Shown piece after piece: positions 46,487-58,638 of a stretch of 64,000 nucleotides of DNA (positions are counted from its first letter, which is position 1; each line of letters starts with the position of its first letter). The notes under the pieces were generated by a model, which saw nothing but the letters and a program-made list of their open reading frames with translations, had not been told where the DNA came from and made no database searches. The position numbers and the translations under genes are program-made. Origin of the DNA: an uncultured Eubacteriales bacterium (GTDB taxonomy: Bacteria; Bacillota; Clostridia; Christensenellales; UBA1242); the NCBI GenBank assembly GCA_948514155.1, contig CAOQYA010000003.1, forward strand, positions 6,057 through 70,056, given 5' to 3'.

Positions 46487-47092
46487 CTAACTCCTTGTTT
46501 TTGCTATCACATACATTATACAACTTTTTGCTCCTAAATCAAAGAGTGTCTGTAAACAATCTTCACAAACATTCACATCTTTAGTGTATATATCGTCAAC
46601 CAAGATTAAATTCTTACCATTTATGGCCGCTTCATCAAATACGCAAGTGTCTTTTGTTATACCTTTATATGGGTCGCTTCCCGTGTTATTCTCAAGCCTC
46701 CAATTATGGGTTGTTTTTGTGTTTTTCACCCGTTTGATTGCATCTGTGCCATTCTTCAACCTAAGAGTATCTGCCACACTAGAAATTGCTTTTTTAAACA
46801 TCAATTGACTTTGAGAATAACTTTTTTCAGATTTCGATCTTGGAATAACACAAACAACAGCATCCTGAAAACATTTTTCTGCAATAATCTTTCGTATATC
46901 GAAAGACGCACAATCACAGACTTTGATAAAATCTTCAACTAAATCAGTTTCCTTATACTGCTTTGTCATATTTTTCAAATGATTAACGAAGTCTGGATTT
47001 CCTTCCTTTTGATATCCAACATAATCTTGGTGATAATAGCAAACAACATCTCTATCCAAATACTTATTCTTACATATAGTAAACTTTTTCAT
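46487..47092 (-). CDS. Phosphoribosyltransferase-like (ComF-type fold) protein, ShosT-like
   Basis: NLILVDDIYTKD PRTase acidic motif near the C-terminus. No N-terminal CxxC zinc finger. Start set at the ATG at 47092 after GGGGGAG (the ORF track uses the TTG at 47134). Confidence 0.7.
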   Translation of the reverse strand: MKKFTICKNKYLDRDVVCYYHQDYVGYQKEGNPDFVNHLKNMTKQYKETDLVEDFIKVCDCASFDIRKIIAEKCFQDAVVCVIPRSKSEKSYSQSQLMFKKAISSVADTLRLKNGTDAIKRVKNTKTTHNWRLENNTGSDPYKGITKDTCVFDEAAINGKNLILVDDIYTKDVNVCEDCLQTLFDLGAKSCIMYVIAKTRS

Positions 47093-47248
47093 TTCTCCCC
47101 CCAATTGGCTATCACTATAGTTTAAAGTTTCCAAAATACTCTTTGACCTTAAACTTTATCCAGCCACATAGTTAGAAAATAACACTATATGCACTCACAT
47201 TTCAAGGCAAGGTGCCAGAAAAAACTCGCTAAAACAATTATTTAGGAC

Positions 47249-47262
47249 GCTGCTGACGGGAA
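47249..47262 (-). repeat. Copy of the tRNA-Thr 3' end (T-stem/acceptor strand)
   Basis: GCTGCTGACGGGAA is identical to 47503-47516 (14/14), in direct orientation, 240 nt downstream of the tRNA. Confidence 0.75.
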
Positions 47263-47421
47263 ACCACATCCATGACGGCGTCACCCGGGCGCCCACGTTT
47301 CACTCTGCCCGCTATTCTTAGAATTTTAACTTCGGACGGCGGGACCCCAAAAAACATCTCATTTTTTGGGCTAAGTCGCGGCAAAATCGCCAGCGGAGCG
47401 CGATTTTCGTTTGGTCGCTAA

Positions 47422-47461
47422 ATAAAAAAAACAAGCGTCAACGCGATACGTTTTGACGCTT
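47422..47461 (-). terminator. Intrinsic terminator after tRNA-Thr
   Basis: Minus strand: AAGCGTCAA-loop-TTGACGCTT followed by GTTTTTTTT. Confidence 0.75.
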
Positions 47462-47498
47462 GCCGGCAAAACTGAGCCAAAAGCGCAGTTTTTTCATT

Positions 47499-47574
47499 TG
47501 GAGCTGCTGACGGGAATCGGACCCGTGACCTCCGCCTTACCAAGGCGACGCTCTACCGACTGAGCCACAGCAGC
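47499..47574 (-). tRNA. tRNA-Thr (anticodon GGU), CCA encoded, atypical T-loop
   Basis: GCTGCTGTGGCTCAGTCGGTAGAGCGTCGCCTTGGTAAGGCGGAGGTCACGGGTCCGATTCCCGTCAGCAGCTCCA folds as a cloverleaf. The T-loop reads TCCGATT, with C at position 55 where U is near-universal. Confidence 0.85.
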
Positions 47575-47623
47575 ATATACATCTTCTATTGTTCTTTCAT
47601 ATCCATTGCCCCAACCTTTTATT

Positions 47624-47637
47624 TCAGTCGGTAGAGC
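47624..47637. repeat. Perfect inverted copy of the tRNA-Thr D-arm
   Basis: TCAGTCGGTAGAGC is the reverse complement of 47550-47563. Confidence 0.75.
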
Positions 47638-47737
47638 AAGCACTTCCCGGTCGCAATTATAAATTGCTCCCCGCTTGTCGCTCACAAGTTCGCTGGCTAA
47701 CGATTTGCGCACCGGCAAATCGTCTTAACGCGCCGCG

Positions 47738-47756
47738 CCAACTGAGCCACAGCAGC
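47738..47756 (-). repeat. Copy of the tRNA-Thr 5' end (acceptor plus D-stem)
   Basis: ACTGAGCCACAGCAGC (47741-47756) is identical to 47559-47574 (16/16). The match extends to 19 nt with one mismatch. Confidence 0.75.
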
Positions 47757-47871
47757 ACGAACATTTTTAATGCTTTTATATAATAGCAAATATGCCGGCT
47801 CGTTGTCAATTGATAATCAAAAATATTTTTTGCCAGCATAAAACCAAATCTGTGCTCATAACTATTTATAT

Positions 47872-48549
47872 ATGAATATTGCACTTGTTGGGGCCTGTGG
47901 ACGGCTGGGAAGCGAAGTTAAAAAGATGTTGGAGAAAAAGCACAACGTTATCTCTATCGATATCTCACAAAAAAATTTTACCTCTCTTGAAGAACTGCCC
48001 CTTCTTCCCGAAGTTATTATAGACACTTCAAACGCTGCGCAATCTGTGCAAAGCGGACAGTTTGCTTATCTAAACAATATTCCTATTGTTATCGCATGCA
48101 CCGGCCATGATAGTTGTCAACTTGGCGAAATAAACATTTTTGCTAAAGGCGTGCCTGTTTTTCTTGCCTACAACATGGCTTTCGGTGTGCAAGTTTTTAA
48201 AGAGGCGACAAAATTTATTGCCGAGCGTTTCGACGCTGACATTCACATTCATGAAGTGCACCACAGAAACAAACTCGATGCGCCTAGCGGCACAGCTAAG
48301 GAACTTGAAAACATTTTATCGCATCTTGGCAAGCGATATTGCACAACATCGGCACGCGGAGGCACAGTTATTGGCGAGCACGAAATCTCTTTTTATGGAA
48401 ATGGCGAAACGATAACTCTCACCCACACCGCCCAATCACGAGAGGCTTTTGCAAATGGCATAATAAAAGCGGCGGAATTTATCTCGTCGCAACCCGCCGG
48501 CCTTTACAACATGAAAGACCTAACGGCCTCTCACTCTTTAAGCATTTAA
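47872..48549 (+). CDS. dapB: 4-hydroxy-tetrahydrodipicolinate reductase
   Basis: HEVHHRNKLDAPSGTA signature. N-terminal VGACGRLG Rossmann. Confidence 0.85.
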   Translation: MNIALVGACGRLGSEVKKMLEKKHNVISIDISQKNFTSLEELPLLPEVIIDTSNAAQSVQSGQFAYLNNIPIVIACTGHDSCQLGEINIFAKGVPVFLAYNMAFGVQVFKEATKFIAERFDADIHIHEVHHRNKLDAPSGTAKELENILSHLGKRYCTTSARGGTVIGEHEISFYGNGETITLTHTAQSREAFANGIIKAAEFISSQPAGLYNMKDLTASHSLSI

Positions 48550-49398
48550 ACTAATGAGCATCTTCAAAAATTCTTTCGCCGCGCGCGTCAGATTTTTTTC
48601 GTTATAATACACGCCATATTCAATTGCAGGGAACTGATAATCGTCGAACACGACTTCCAGTTCCTTATTTTTTATTTCGTCCTCCGCTAAAAAACTTGGC
48701 AAGATGCCCACGCCGACGCCCGACTTACAAAGCGCTGTGATAATGTTATATCCGGTGCCCCTAATAACAGGAACATCCGTCAAACCTCTCTTTTCGATAA
48801 ATTCAGCAAAAAGTTTGTTAGAATATGAGCCTAACCCTGTCGTGATAAAACGCAAGTCGTTGTTCGCAAATTCCGGGCGAGGACTTTTTACTAGAACATA
48901 TTTTTCGTTATACAATTTCTTAAATTCAAAGCCCTCTATATCACTATTAAACTGCGTAATTAAAAGGTCAATTTCGCCTCGCCTTAACTTTTCAATCGAA
49001 CGAGACTGCACATCGTCAGTTTGAACTATGGAAACATCCGGATAAGCGCTGACAAACTCTTCAATAGTGCCCACAAGCACTTTTTTTCCTATGCTCACCC
49101 CGCAGGAGATTATCACTTTTCCCCTTGTTAGCCCATTATATTCCTTTAGCGTCTTTTCGACGCTTTCAAAGGTCACAATTGCACTTTCAACTTTTTCAAA
49201 AATCTCCTCTCCTATGCGAGTTAGTTGAACACCCTTTTTATTTCTGATAAACAGCGTCGCATCGATGTCAGTCTCGAGTTTTTTAATAGTTTGAGTGACT
49301 GCCGGCTGCGAAATAAACAATTTTTCAGCCGCTTTAGTGATATTTTTCGCCTTTGCAACCTCATAAAATATTTTGAGTGCTTCCAAATTGAGTTCCAT
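48538..49398 (-). CDS. LysR-family transcriptional regulator
   Basis: N-terminal LKIFYEVAKAKNITKAAEKLFISQPAVTQTIKKLE HTH and a periplasmic-binding-like C-terminal domain. Confidence 0.9.
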   Translation of the reverse strand: MELNLEALKIFYEVAKAKNITKAAEKLFISQPAVTQTIKKLETDIDATLFIRNKKGVQLTRIGEEIFEKVESAIVTFESVEKTLKEYNGLTRGKVIISCGVSIGKKVLVGTIEEFVSAYPDVSIVQTDDVQSRSIEKLRRGEIDLLITQFNSDIEGFEFKKLYNEKYVLVKSPRPEFANNDLRFITTGLGSYSNKLFAEFIEKRGLTDVPVIRGTGYNIITALCKSGVGVGILPSFLAEDEIKNKELEVVFDDYQFPAIEYGVYYNEKNLTRAAKEFLKMLISLNA

Positions 49399-49491
49399 AT
49401 TATAACCTCTTCTTATTGATAATATAATTTTTATATATTTTACTTATATCATATTTTGCTTTATAATGCAAGTGTAAAAAGGAGGTGGAAT

Positions 49492-50280
49492 ATGAAATAT
49501 ATTCAAAAAAATCAAAATAAAGAGGAGAATTTGGTTATAACGCCAAAATTCAACGAGGCTTTTGCCTTTGCTGTGCAAAAACATGGCTCACAGGTGAGAA
49601 AGAGCACCACAATTCCATACATCGTGCACTTGTATGAAGTTGTGCAAATCTTGAAAGCAGAGCACGCGCCCGAGGATGTGCTGATCGCCGGCATTTTACA
49701 TGACACAGTGGAAGACACAAACACCACGCTCGACGAAATTGCAGAACTTTTCGGAGAGGAAATTGCAGAGATTATCGCTGTGGAGAGCGAAGTCAAATCT
49801 CTTCCCTACATCCAACGAAAGGCTCTTCATATGGCAGAAGTTGCAGCGTCATCGCGCAAAGCAAAAATGGTCAACTGCGCAGACAAACTTTCCAATCTTC
49901 GCAGCATCTATCTTGACGGGCTCTATGACAAAAACATATGGAATAGATTTAATGGTTCAAAAGAGGAAATTCAGTGGTATTATTGCACAGCACTCGAAGC
50001 ACTTTCAGCCCTTAAAAATACAGAAATGTATAAAGAGTTGAAGGGTTACTACAACACACTTTTCAATAACGAAAAAGTTGTGACGGTGGGAGACAAAATC
50101 ATTCATTCGTGCACAGATTGTCCACAAATGAAAAGAGAACTTAATCCCGACCCGAACGACTGGTTCAACGATGATGATATGGCTTACACCTGCACTTTTA
50201 CAGGCAGAGTGTTGTCTGAATGCAATCGCCCATATGAAAAACAGCCAATCCCTGACGACTGCCCTCGCCTTGGAAGATAA
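49492..50280 (+). CDS. HD-domain (RelA/SpoT-type hydrolase-like) protein with Cys-containing C-terminal extension
   Basis: HLYEV...GILHDTVEDT HD motif. Start at the ATG at 49492 after GGAGGTGG. C-terminal CTDCP...CTFTG...CNRP...DCP. Confidence 0.7.
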   Translation: MKYIQKNQNKEENLVITPKFNEAFAFAVQKHGSQVRKSTTIPYIVHLYEVVQILKAEHAPEDVLIAGILHDTVEDTNTTLDEIAELFGEEIAEIIAVESEVKSLPYIQRKALHMAEVAASSRKAKMVNCADKLSNLRSIYLDGLYDKNIWNRFNGSKEEIQWYYCTALEALSALKNTEMYKELKGYYNTLFNNEKVVTVGDKIIHSCTDCPQMKRELNPDPNDWFNDDDMAYTCTFTGRVLSECNRPYEKQPIPDDCPRLGR

Positions 50281-50321
50281 TAAACTGTCTCTCAATCGTT
50301 CAATAGTTCGTTGTCAAAAAC

Positions 50322-50349
50322 AAAAAAGAGTGCAAGTGCACTCTTTTTT
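50322..50349. terminator. Bidirectional intrinsic terminator
   Basis: AAAAAAGAGTGCA-AG-TGCACTCTTTTTT. Confidence 0.7.
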
Positions 50350-51229
50350 AACGAGACATGGGCCTATTCCATCTGGCATTAAATTTTGCAATTTGAGAAT
50401 TTTCCTTTGGTGAATATGGCTCTTCAAATACATCTTCAACTTTCTTATCGGATAATTGCATAAAACGCGTAGGTTTCAAATCTGAAAAATAACTTCGTCT
50501 GTTTTTTGGAATTAAGCTAGAATAGAACTTGTCATTATGTTTATACATCAGGCAATCGCCTTCCACCTTTATTCCTAGTTCATTATTCGGGCCAAAAATC
50601 TCATAATATAAGCCCAACATTTGCCAGCGGCCTTCAACGTTCGTATCAAAACCATATTTGCGTACAAAAAAAGTGTAGTATTCTTTTAACATGTAAATGC
50701 CTTTATTTAGCACTTTACGAGGATAAACAAGTTCTCCATTAATATATGTAGGTGCAAAATATCTCTGCAGAACAAGTGACTCGTCAGTATATTCGTTTGC
50801 CTCTTTTATTTCATCTTCGAGCAACTTTTTATTATCACAGTTCATATAGTATTCTTCTATTATTGTCCTATGCTTAAACTTAGAGTTTTCACATGCCCCG
50901 CTGTTCAAGTATCCGTCCTGCTTATTTAAATTTCTAATCAACATATATTCAGCCATATCAATTTCCTGCATAAAAAGCACAAACTGCGGGTTAGCATTTT
51001 TGACGCGGGGATAGTTTCTTATAACTTCTACGGCAGCTTCTCTATCTCTAGCACGAAGCGTAAACAAAATAGGGATAAATCGACCTTTGCCACAATGTCC
51101 ACATTTTGCAACTATGGCATAGCATTTGTCACCTTGTCCGAATTCGGCAACTCTAGTAGATGTAAAGGTTTTTGTATCAATTAACTCTTCATTTACTCGT
51201 ATTTTTCTTTTCATAAAGAAATTATACAC
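50348..51229 (-). CDS. Hypothetical protein (orphan, AT-rich) immediately downstream of rpoC
   Basis: 293-aa ORF with a CGHCGKG element and no domain I can recognise. Confidence 0.45.
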   Translation of the reverse strand: MYNFFMKRKIRVNEELIDTKTFTSTRVAEFGQGDKCYAIVAKCGHCGKGRFIPILFTLRARDREAAVEVIRNYPRVKNANPQFVLFMQEIDMAEYMLIRNLNKQDGYLNSGACENSKFKHRTIIEEYYMNCDNKKLLEDEIKEANEYTDESLVLQRYFAPTYINGELVYPRKVLNKGIYMLKEYYTFFVRKYGFDTNVEGRWQMLGLYYEIFGPNNELGIKVEGDCLMYKHNDKFYSSLIPKNRRSYFSDLKPTRFMQLSDKKVEDVFEEPYSPKENSQIAKFNARWNRPMSR

Positions 51230-51278
51230 TTTTCAAGCCAAAAAGTCAATACACCATTTTTAAGTTGTCCTACGCGCA

Positions 51279-51311
51279 TAAAAAAACACCGCGATTGCGG
51301 TGTTTTTGTTT
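51279..51311 (-). terminator. Intrinsic terminator after rpoC
   Basis: Minus strand: ACACCGC-AATC-GCGGTGT followed by T7. Confidence 0.75.
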
Positions 51312-54836
<3,525 letters not shown>

Positions 54837-54927
54837 AACTTTCTCCCTTTTACTCTGTCTAAGTGTTAAAATTAACTAATTTTTAATGTTTTTTTGATAA
54901 ATTTACTTAAATTTTTGATAATTTAGA

Positions 54928-57900
54928 TTATTCGTCGTCAAAATCTCCGAAGTCGTCGAAGAGGTCTGCAGTGTCGATTGCTGAAGACGATGTTTCTTCT
55001 TCAAATGACTCTTTCACTTCGTCAACCTCTTCAGGTTTAGTTGCCTCTTGTGCAAGAAGTTCGTCAAAGTCAAGAGAAATTTCGTCAAAATCATGCTCAG
55101 CTTCAATTGGAGTGATGTGCTGGTCTTGCTCATCCATTGAAAGCTCGTTGATTGAAATCTCTTCGTTAGAGTCTGTGAGAATTTTGATATCGAGGCCAAG
55201 CGACTGCAATTCTTTAACAAGCACTTTGAAAGACTCCGGAATTCCAGGCTCTGCGATAGGCTGTCCTTTGATGATAGACTCATAAGTTTTTGTTCTTCCG
55301 GTCACATCGTCAGACTTAATGGTCAGCATTTCCTGAAGAACATGGCTTGCGCCGTATGCTTCCAGCGCCCAAACTTCCATTTCACCGAATCTCTGTCCAC
55401 CGAACAGCGATTTTCCGCCAAGCGGCTGTTGTGTGATAAGTGAGTATGAGCCGATTGAACGAGCGTGGATTTTAGAGTCGACCATGTGCTCGAGTTTGAG
55501 CATATATTTATATCCAACTGTTGAAAGGTTGTCGAATGGCTCGCCTGTGCGGCCGTCATAGAGTTGAACCTTTCCGTTTGCCGGGAAGTTGTTGCTTACA
55601 AGAAGTTCTTGAATTTGATTTACATCAGCGCCGTCGAAAGTTGGGGTTGCAATCTTCCAGCCAAGCGAGCCGGCAACAAGTCCAAGGTGGGTTTCAAGGA
55701 TTTGGCCGATGTTCATTCTGGAGGTAACTCCAAGTGGGTTGAGGAGGATATCCAGAGGTCTGCCGTTTGCCATATAAGGCATATCGTTTTCAGGCATGAT
55801 GATTGAAACAACACCCTTGTTTCCGTAACGTCCGGCCATTTTATCTCCGACAGAGAGTTTACGCTTTTGAGCGATTGTCACTCTAACCATCATGTTAACG
55901 CCGGCGTCGAGTTCGTCTTTGTTCTTCTTCGAGAATACTTGAACATCAACAACAACACCTTCTTTTCCGTGTTTAACACGAAGAGAAGTGTCTCTCACTT
56001 CCCTAGCCTTATCTCCGAAGATTGCACGAAGCAGTCTCTCTTCCGGAGTAAGTTCGGTTTCGCCCTTAGGCGTAACTTTTCCAACAAGAATATCGCCGGA
56101 GCGAACTTCAGCGCCCACACGAATAATTCCGTTCTCGTCGAGGTTTTTGAGCGCTTCCTCGCCAAGGTTTGGAATGTCTCTTGTAATCACTTCGTCGCCA
56201 AGTTTGGTGTTTCGACAGTAAACTTCCTCTTCTTTAAGGATAATTGTTGTGTAAACATCCTCTTTAACGAGGCGTTCATTGATAAGAATAGCGTCTTCGA
56301 AGTTATATCCTTGCCAGTTAACATATCCGACAAGCACATTCTTTCCAAGAGCGAGTTCTCCGTTATTGCAGCCATAGCCGTCATAAATAACATCGCCCTC
56401 TTTAACTTTTTCGCCCTTCTTAACGCAAGGTTTTTGATTGTTACATGTTTCCGAGTTAGTTTTTTCAAACTTTGTAAGAGCATAAATGTCTTCGTCGCCC
56501 TTCTCGGTTAAAATTCTGATTTCGTCCGAACTTACATATGAAACTGTTCCGGCGCGTCTTGCAAGACCAAGCGCTCCGCTGTCTCTTGCCGCGCGGTGCT
56601 CCATTCCCGTTCCAACGATTGGAGACTCTGGTCTAAGCACAGGCACAGCCTGTCTTTGCATGTTGGCACCCATAAGCACACGGTTAACTTCGTTCGAGTT
56701 AATGAACGGAATAAGCGCCGAAGCCACAGAAATAAACTGACGAGGCGAAACATCAACATAGTCGATTTGGCTTGCTGGCACTTCACCCATGGTCGCGCCG
56801 TGACGAGCCATAACACGCTTGTTCACAAATCTGCCCTCTTCGTCGAGAGGCTCTGTTGCTTGTGCAATGAATGCCTTGTCTTCGATATCGGCCATTTTGT
56901 ATTCGTAGTTCTTTGAAACTATGCCGGTTGCTTTATCAACTGGGCGATATGGTGTTTCAAGGAAGCCATATTCGTTAACTTTAACATAGGTTGCAAGCGT
57001 GTCGATAAGACCAATGCTCTGTCCTTCAGGTGTTTCGATTGCGCAAATTCTGCCATAGTGTGTGTAGTGAATATCACGAATGCCAACATCGGCACGCTCC
57101 TTCTTAACACCACCAGGGCCGACAGCCGAAATACGCCTCTTCTGCGAAAGTCCAGAAAGTGGGTTGTTCTGGTCCATAAGCTGAGACAATTGCGACTGAG
57201 CAACAAAGTCTTTAAGAGCCTTGTTGATAGGTTTTGGGTTAATAATCTGAGCAGGAGTAACTTCGCTAAGTTCTTTTCCCTGCAAAGACTCTTTAATGTT
57301 TGTTGAAAGTTTCTGAACGCCCGAGCGGAATGCTTTTCCAAGAAGTTCGCCAACTGTTGCAAGGCGTTTGTTTGAAAGGTGGTCAACTTTATCTGTTGAG
57401 CCAATTCCTTCAAGCACATCAAGATAAACACTGATTGTTGCAAGCATGTCGTCCATTGTAAGAGTTGTAACGATAAGATTTTTCGCGTTTTCTTTGATTG
57501 CTTCAAGACGCTTTTCTTTGGTCTTGTTTTCTTTCAAAATCTGTTGAAGAGTTGGATAGTAAACTTCTTCTGTGATGCCAAGCGCTTTTTCGTCGCAAGG
57601 AAGAACAGCCGAAAGTCTAACCCTGTTATTTCCTCTCATGAGATGCTTTTTGCCGTTAACTTGCACCCAAACTTCGTTGATGCCCGCATCTTGAACTTTT
57701 CTTGCGCTCTCTTCGGTGAAGATTTCGCCTGCCTTAACAAGAATTTCGTCCTTAACAGCGATGTTGTCACAACTAATCAGGCCCGGAAGTCTGTTTGCAA
57801 GAGCAAGACGGTGATTGAACTTAAATCTTCCAACCGGTGCAAGATTGTAGTAAGCGTCCGTGAAGAAGAAAGCGTTCAAGTAGTTTCTTGTAGACTCTGC

Positions 57901-58638
57901 CGAAGGCACATCCGAAGGACGCGACTTTCTTGCAAATTCAAGAAGCGCCTCATCTTGAGTTTGTTGAGGCTCGCGGTCGAGCGCCGCTTTAATGTATTTG
58001 TTTCCGCCGAAAACTTTATCGATTTCCGCGCTCGTGAAGCCAAAGCATTTAAGGAATAAGCCGATTGAGAATTTGTATTGACGGTCAACCACCATTTTAA
58101 CTGCTTCGTTTGCGCCTTGCTCGATTTCCAGCCACATTCCACGCTCTGGTATCATTTGCGCGCGAAGAGTTGCGTTGTCTTCCTTCTCTCTTGTGAGATA
58201 CACACTTGGAGAACGCACAATTTGAGAAATGATAACTCTCTCAATTCCATTTGTAAGGAAGGAGCCATTTTCGCTCATAAGAGGAATGTCGCCAAAGAAA
58301 ACTTCTTGCTCTGTTGCCTCGCCGGTTTCTTCGATAACAAATCTCGCTTTAACTTTAAGCGGAACAGAATAAGAGCTGCCTCTTCTTTTGCACTCTTTCA
58401 TGTCATATTTAGGCTCGGTTGCAAGGTTGGTGCCCAAGAAATAAAGTTTAGCCTTGCCGCTATAGTCAACAACAGGCGAAAACTCGTCGAGCACGCTTCT
58501 AATGCCGTTTTCGATAAAATTTTTGTAAGAAGACTTTTGGATATCAAGAAGGTCAGGAATTGGAACGATATCGTCGAGTTTAGCGAAAGAATATCTTTCA
58601 GTTTTTCCAAATTTTTGTTTCTTTAAAGTTAATGACAT
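54928..58638 (-). CDS. rpoB: DNA-directed RNA polymerase subunit beta
   Basis: GQRFGEMEVWALEAYGA and other universal beta-subunit blocks, 1236 aa with an acidic C-terminal tail. Confidence 0.98.
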   Translation of the reverse strand: MSLTLKKQKFGKTERYSFAKLDDIVPIPDLLDIQKSSYKNFIENGIRSVLDEFSPVVDYSGKAKLYFLGTNLATEPKYDMKECKRRGSSYSVPLKVKARFVIEETGEATEQEVFFGDIPLMSENGSFLTNGIERVIISQIVRSPSVYLTREKEDNATLRAQMIPERGMWLEIEQGANEAVKMVVDRQYKFSIGLFLKCFGFTSAEIDKVFGGNKYIKAALDREPQQTQDEALLEFARKSRPSDVPSAESTRNYLNAFFFTDAYYNLAPVGRFKFNHRLALANRLPGLISCDNIAVKDEILVKAGEIFTEESARKVQDAGINEVWVQVNGKKHLMRGNNRVRLSAVLPCDEKALGITEEVYYPTLQQILKENKTKEKRLEAIKENAKNLIVTTLTMDDMLATISVYLDVLEGIGSTDKVDHLSNKRLATVGELLGKAFRSGVQKLSTNIKESLQGKELSEVTPAQIINPKPINKALKDFVAQSQLSQLMDQNNPLSGLSQKRRISAVGPGGVKKERADVGIRDIHYTHYGRICAIETPEGQSIGLIDTLATYVKVNEYGFLETPYRPVDKATGIVSKNYEYKMADIEDKAFIAQATEPLDEEGRFVNKRVMARHGATMGEVPASQIDYVDVSPRQFISVASALIPFINSNEVNRVLMGANMQRQAVPVLRPESPIVGTGMEHRAARDSGALGLARRAGTVSYVSSDEIRILTEKGDEDIYALTKFEKTNSETCNNQKPCVKKGEKVKEGDVIYDGYGCNNGELALGKNVLVGYVNWQGYNFEDAILINERLVKEDVYTTIILKEEEVYCRNTKLGDEVITRDIPNLGEEALKNLDENGIIRVGAEVRSGDILVGKVTPKGETELTPEERLLRAIFGDKAREVRDTSLRVKHGKEGVVVDVQVFSKKNKDELDAGVNMMVRVTIAQKRKLSVGDKMAGRYGNKGVVSIIMPENDMPYMANGRPLDILLNPLGVTSRMNIGQILETHLGLVAGSLGWKIATPTFDGADVNQIQELLVSNNFPANGKVQLYDGRTGEPFDNLSTVGYKYMLKLEHMVDSKIHARSIGSYSLITQQPLGGKSLFGGQRFGEMEVWALEAYGASHVLQEMLTIKSDDVTGRTKTYESIIKGQPIAEPGIPESFKVLVKELQSLGLDIKILTDSNEEISINELSMDEQDQHITPIEAEHDFDEISLDFDELLAQEATKPEEVDEVKESFEEETSSSAIDTADLFDDFGDFDDE

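Noticed and set aside
47263-47345. Possible ykkC-family (guanidine/PRPP/ppGpp) riboswitch upstream of the PRTase gene. The minus strand shows GGGGTCCCG, GTCCGAAG and GCCCGGGTGA in the same order as the ykkC blocks GGGUUCCG, GGUCCGAGAG and GCCCGGGAGA.
   Set aside because: The resemblance is from memory and only partial. The P1a/P1b hairpin that separates the first two blocks in ykkC RNAs is absent, and the ACACGG..GGGA element is missing. It needs an Infernal search before any claim.
47135-47498. Retron msr/msd or type III toxin-antitoxin RNA repeats upstream of the PRTase gene.
   Set aside because: There is no reverse transcriptase gene anywhere nearby and no tandem direct repeats in the leader.
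47494-47718. 74-aa ORF in the ORF track.
   Set aside because: It overlaps tRNA-Thr and its flanking tRNA fragments, so it is an artefact of reading through an RNA gene.
47575-47871. Lysine (L-box) riboswitch upstream of dapB.
   Set aside because: The conserved L-box blocks (AGAGGCGC, CUGAAAGG, GCCGAAG, ACUGUCA) are absent on the plus strand. The region is instead occupied by tRNA-Thr fragments.
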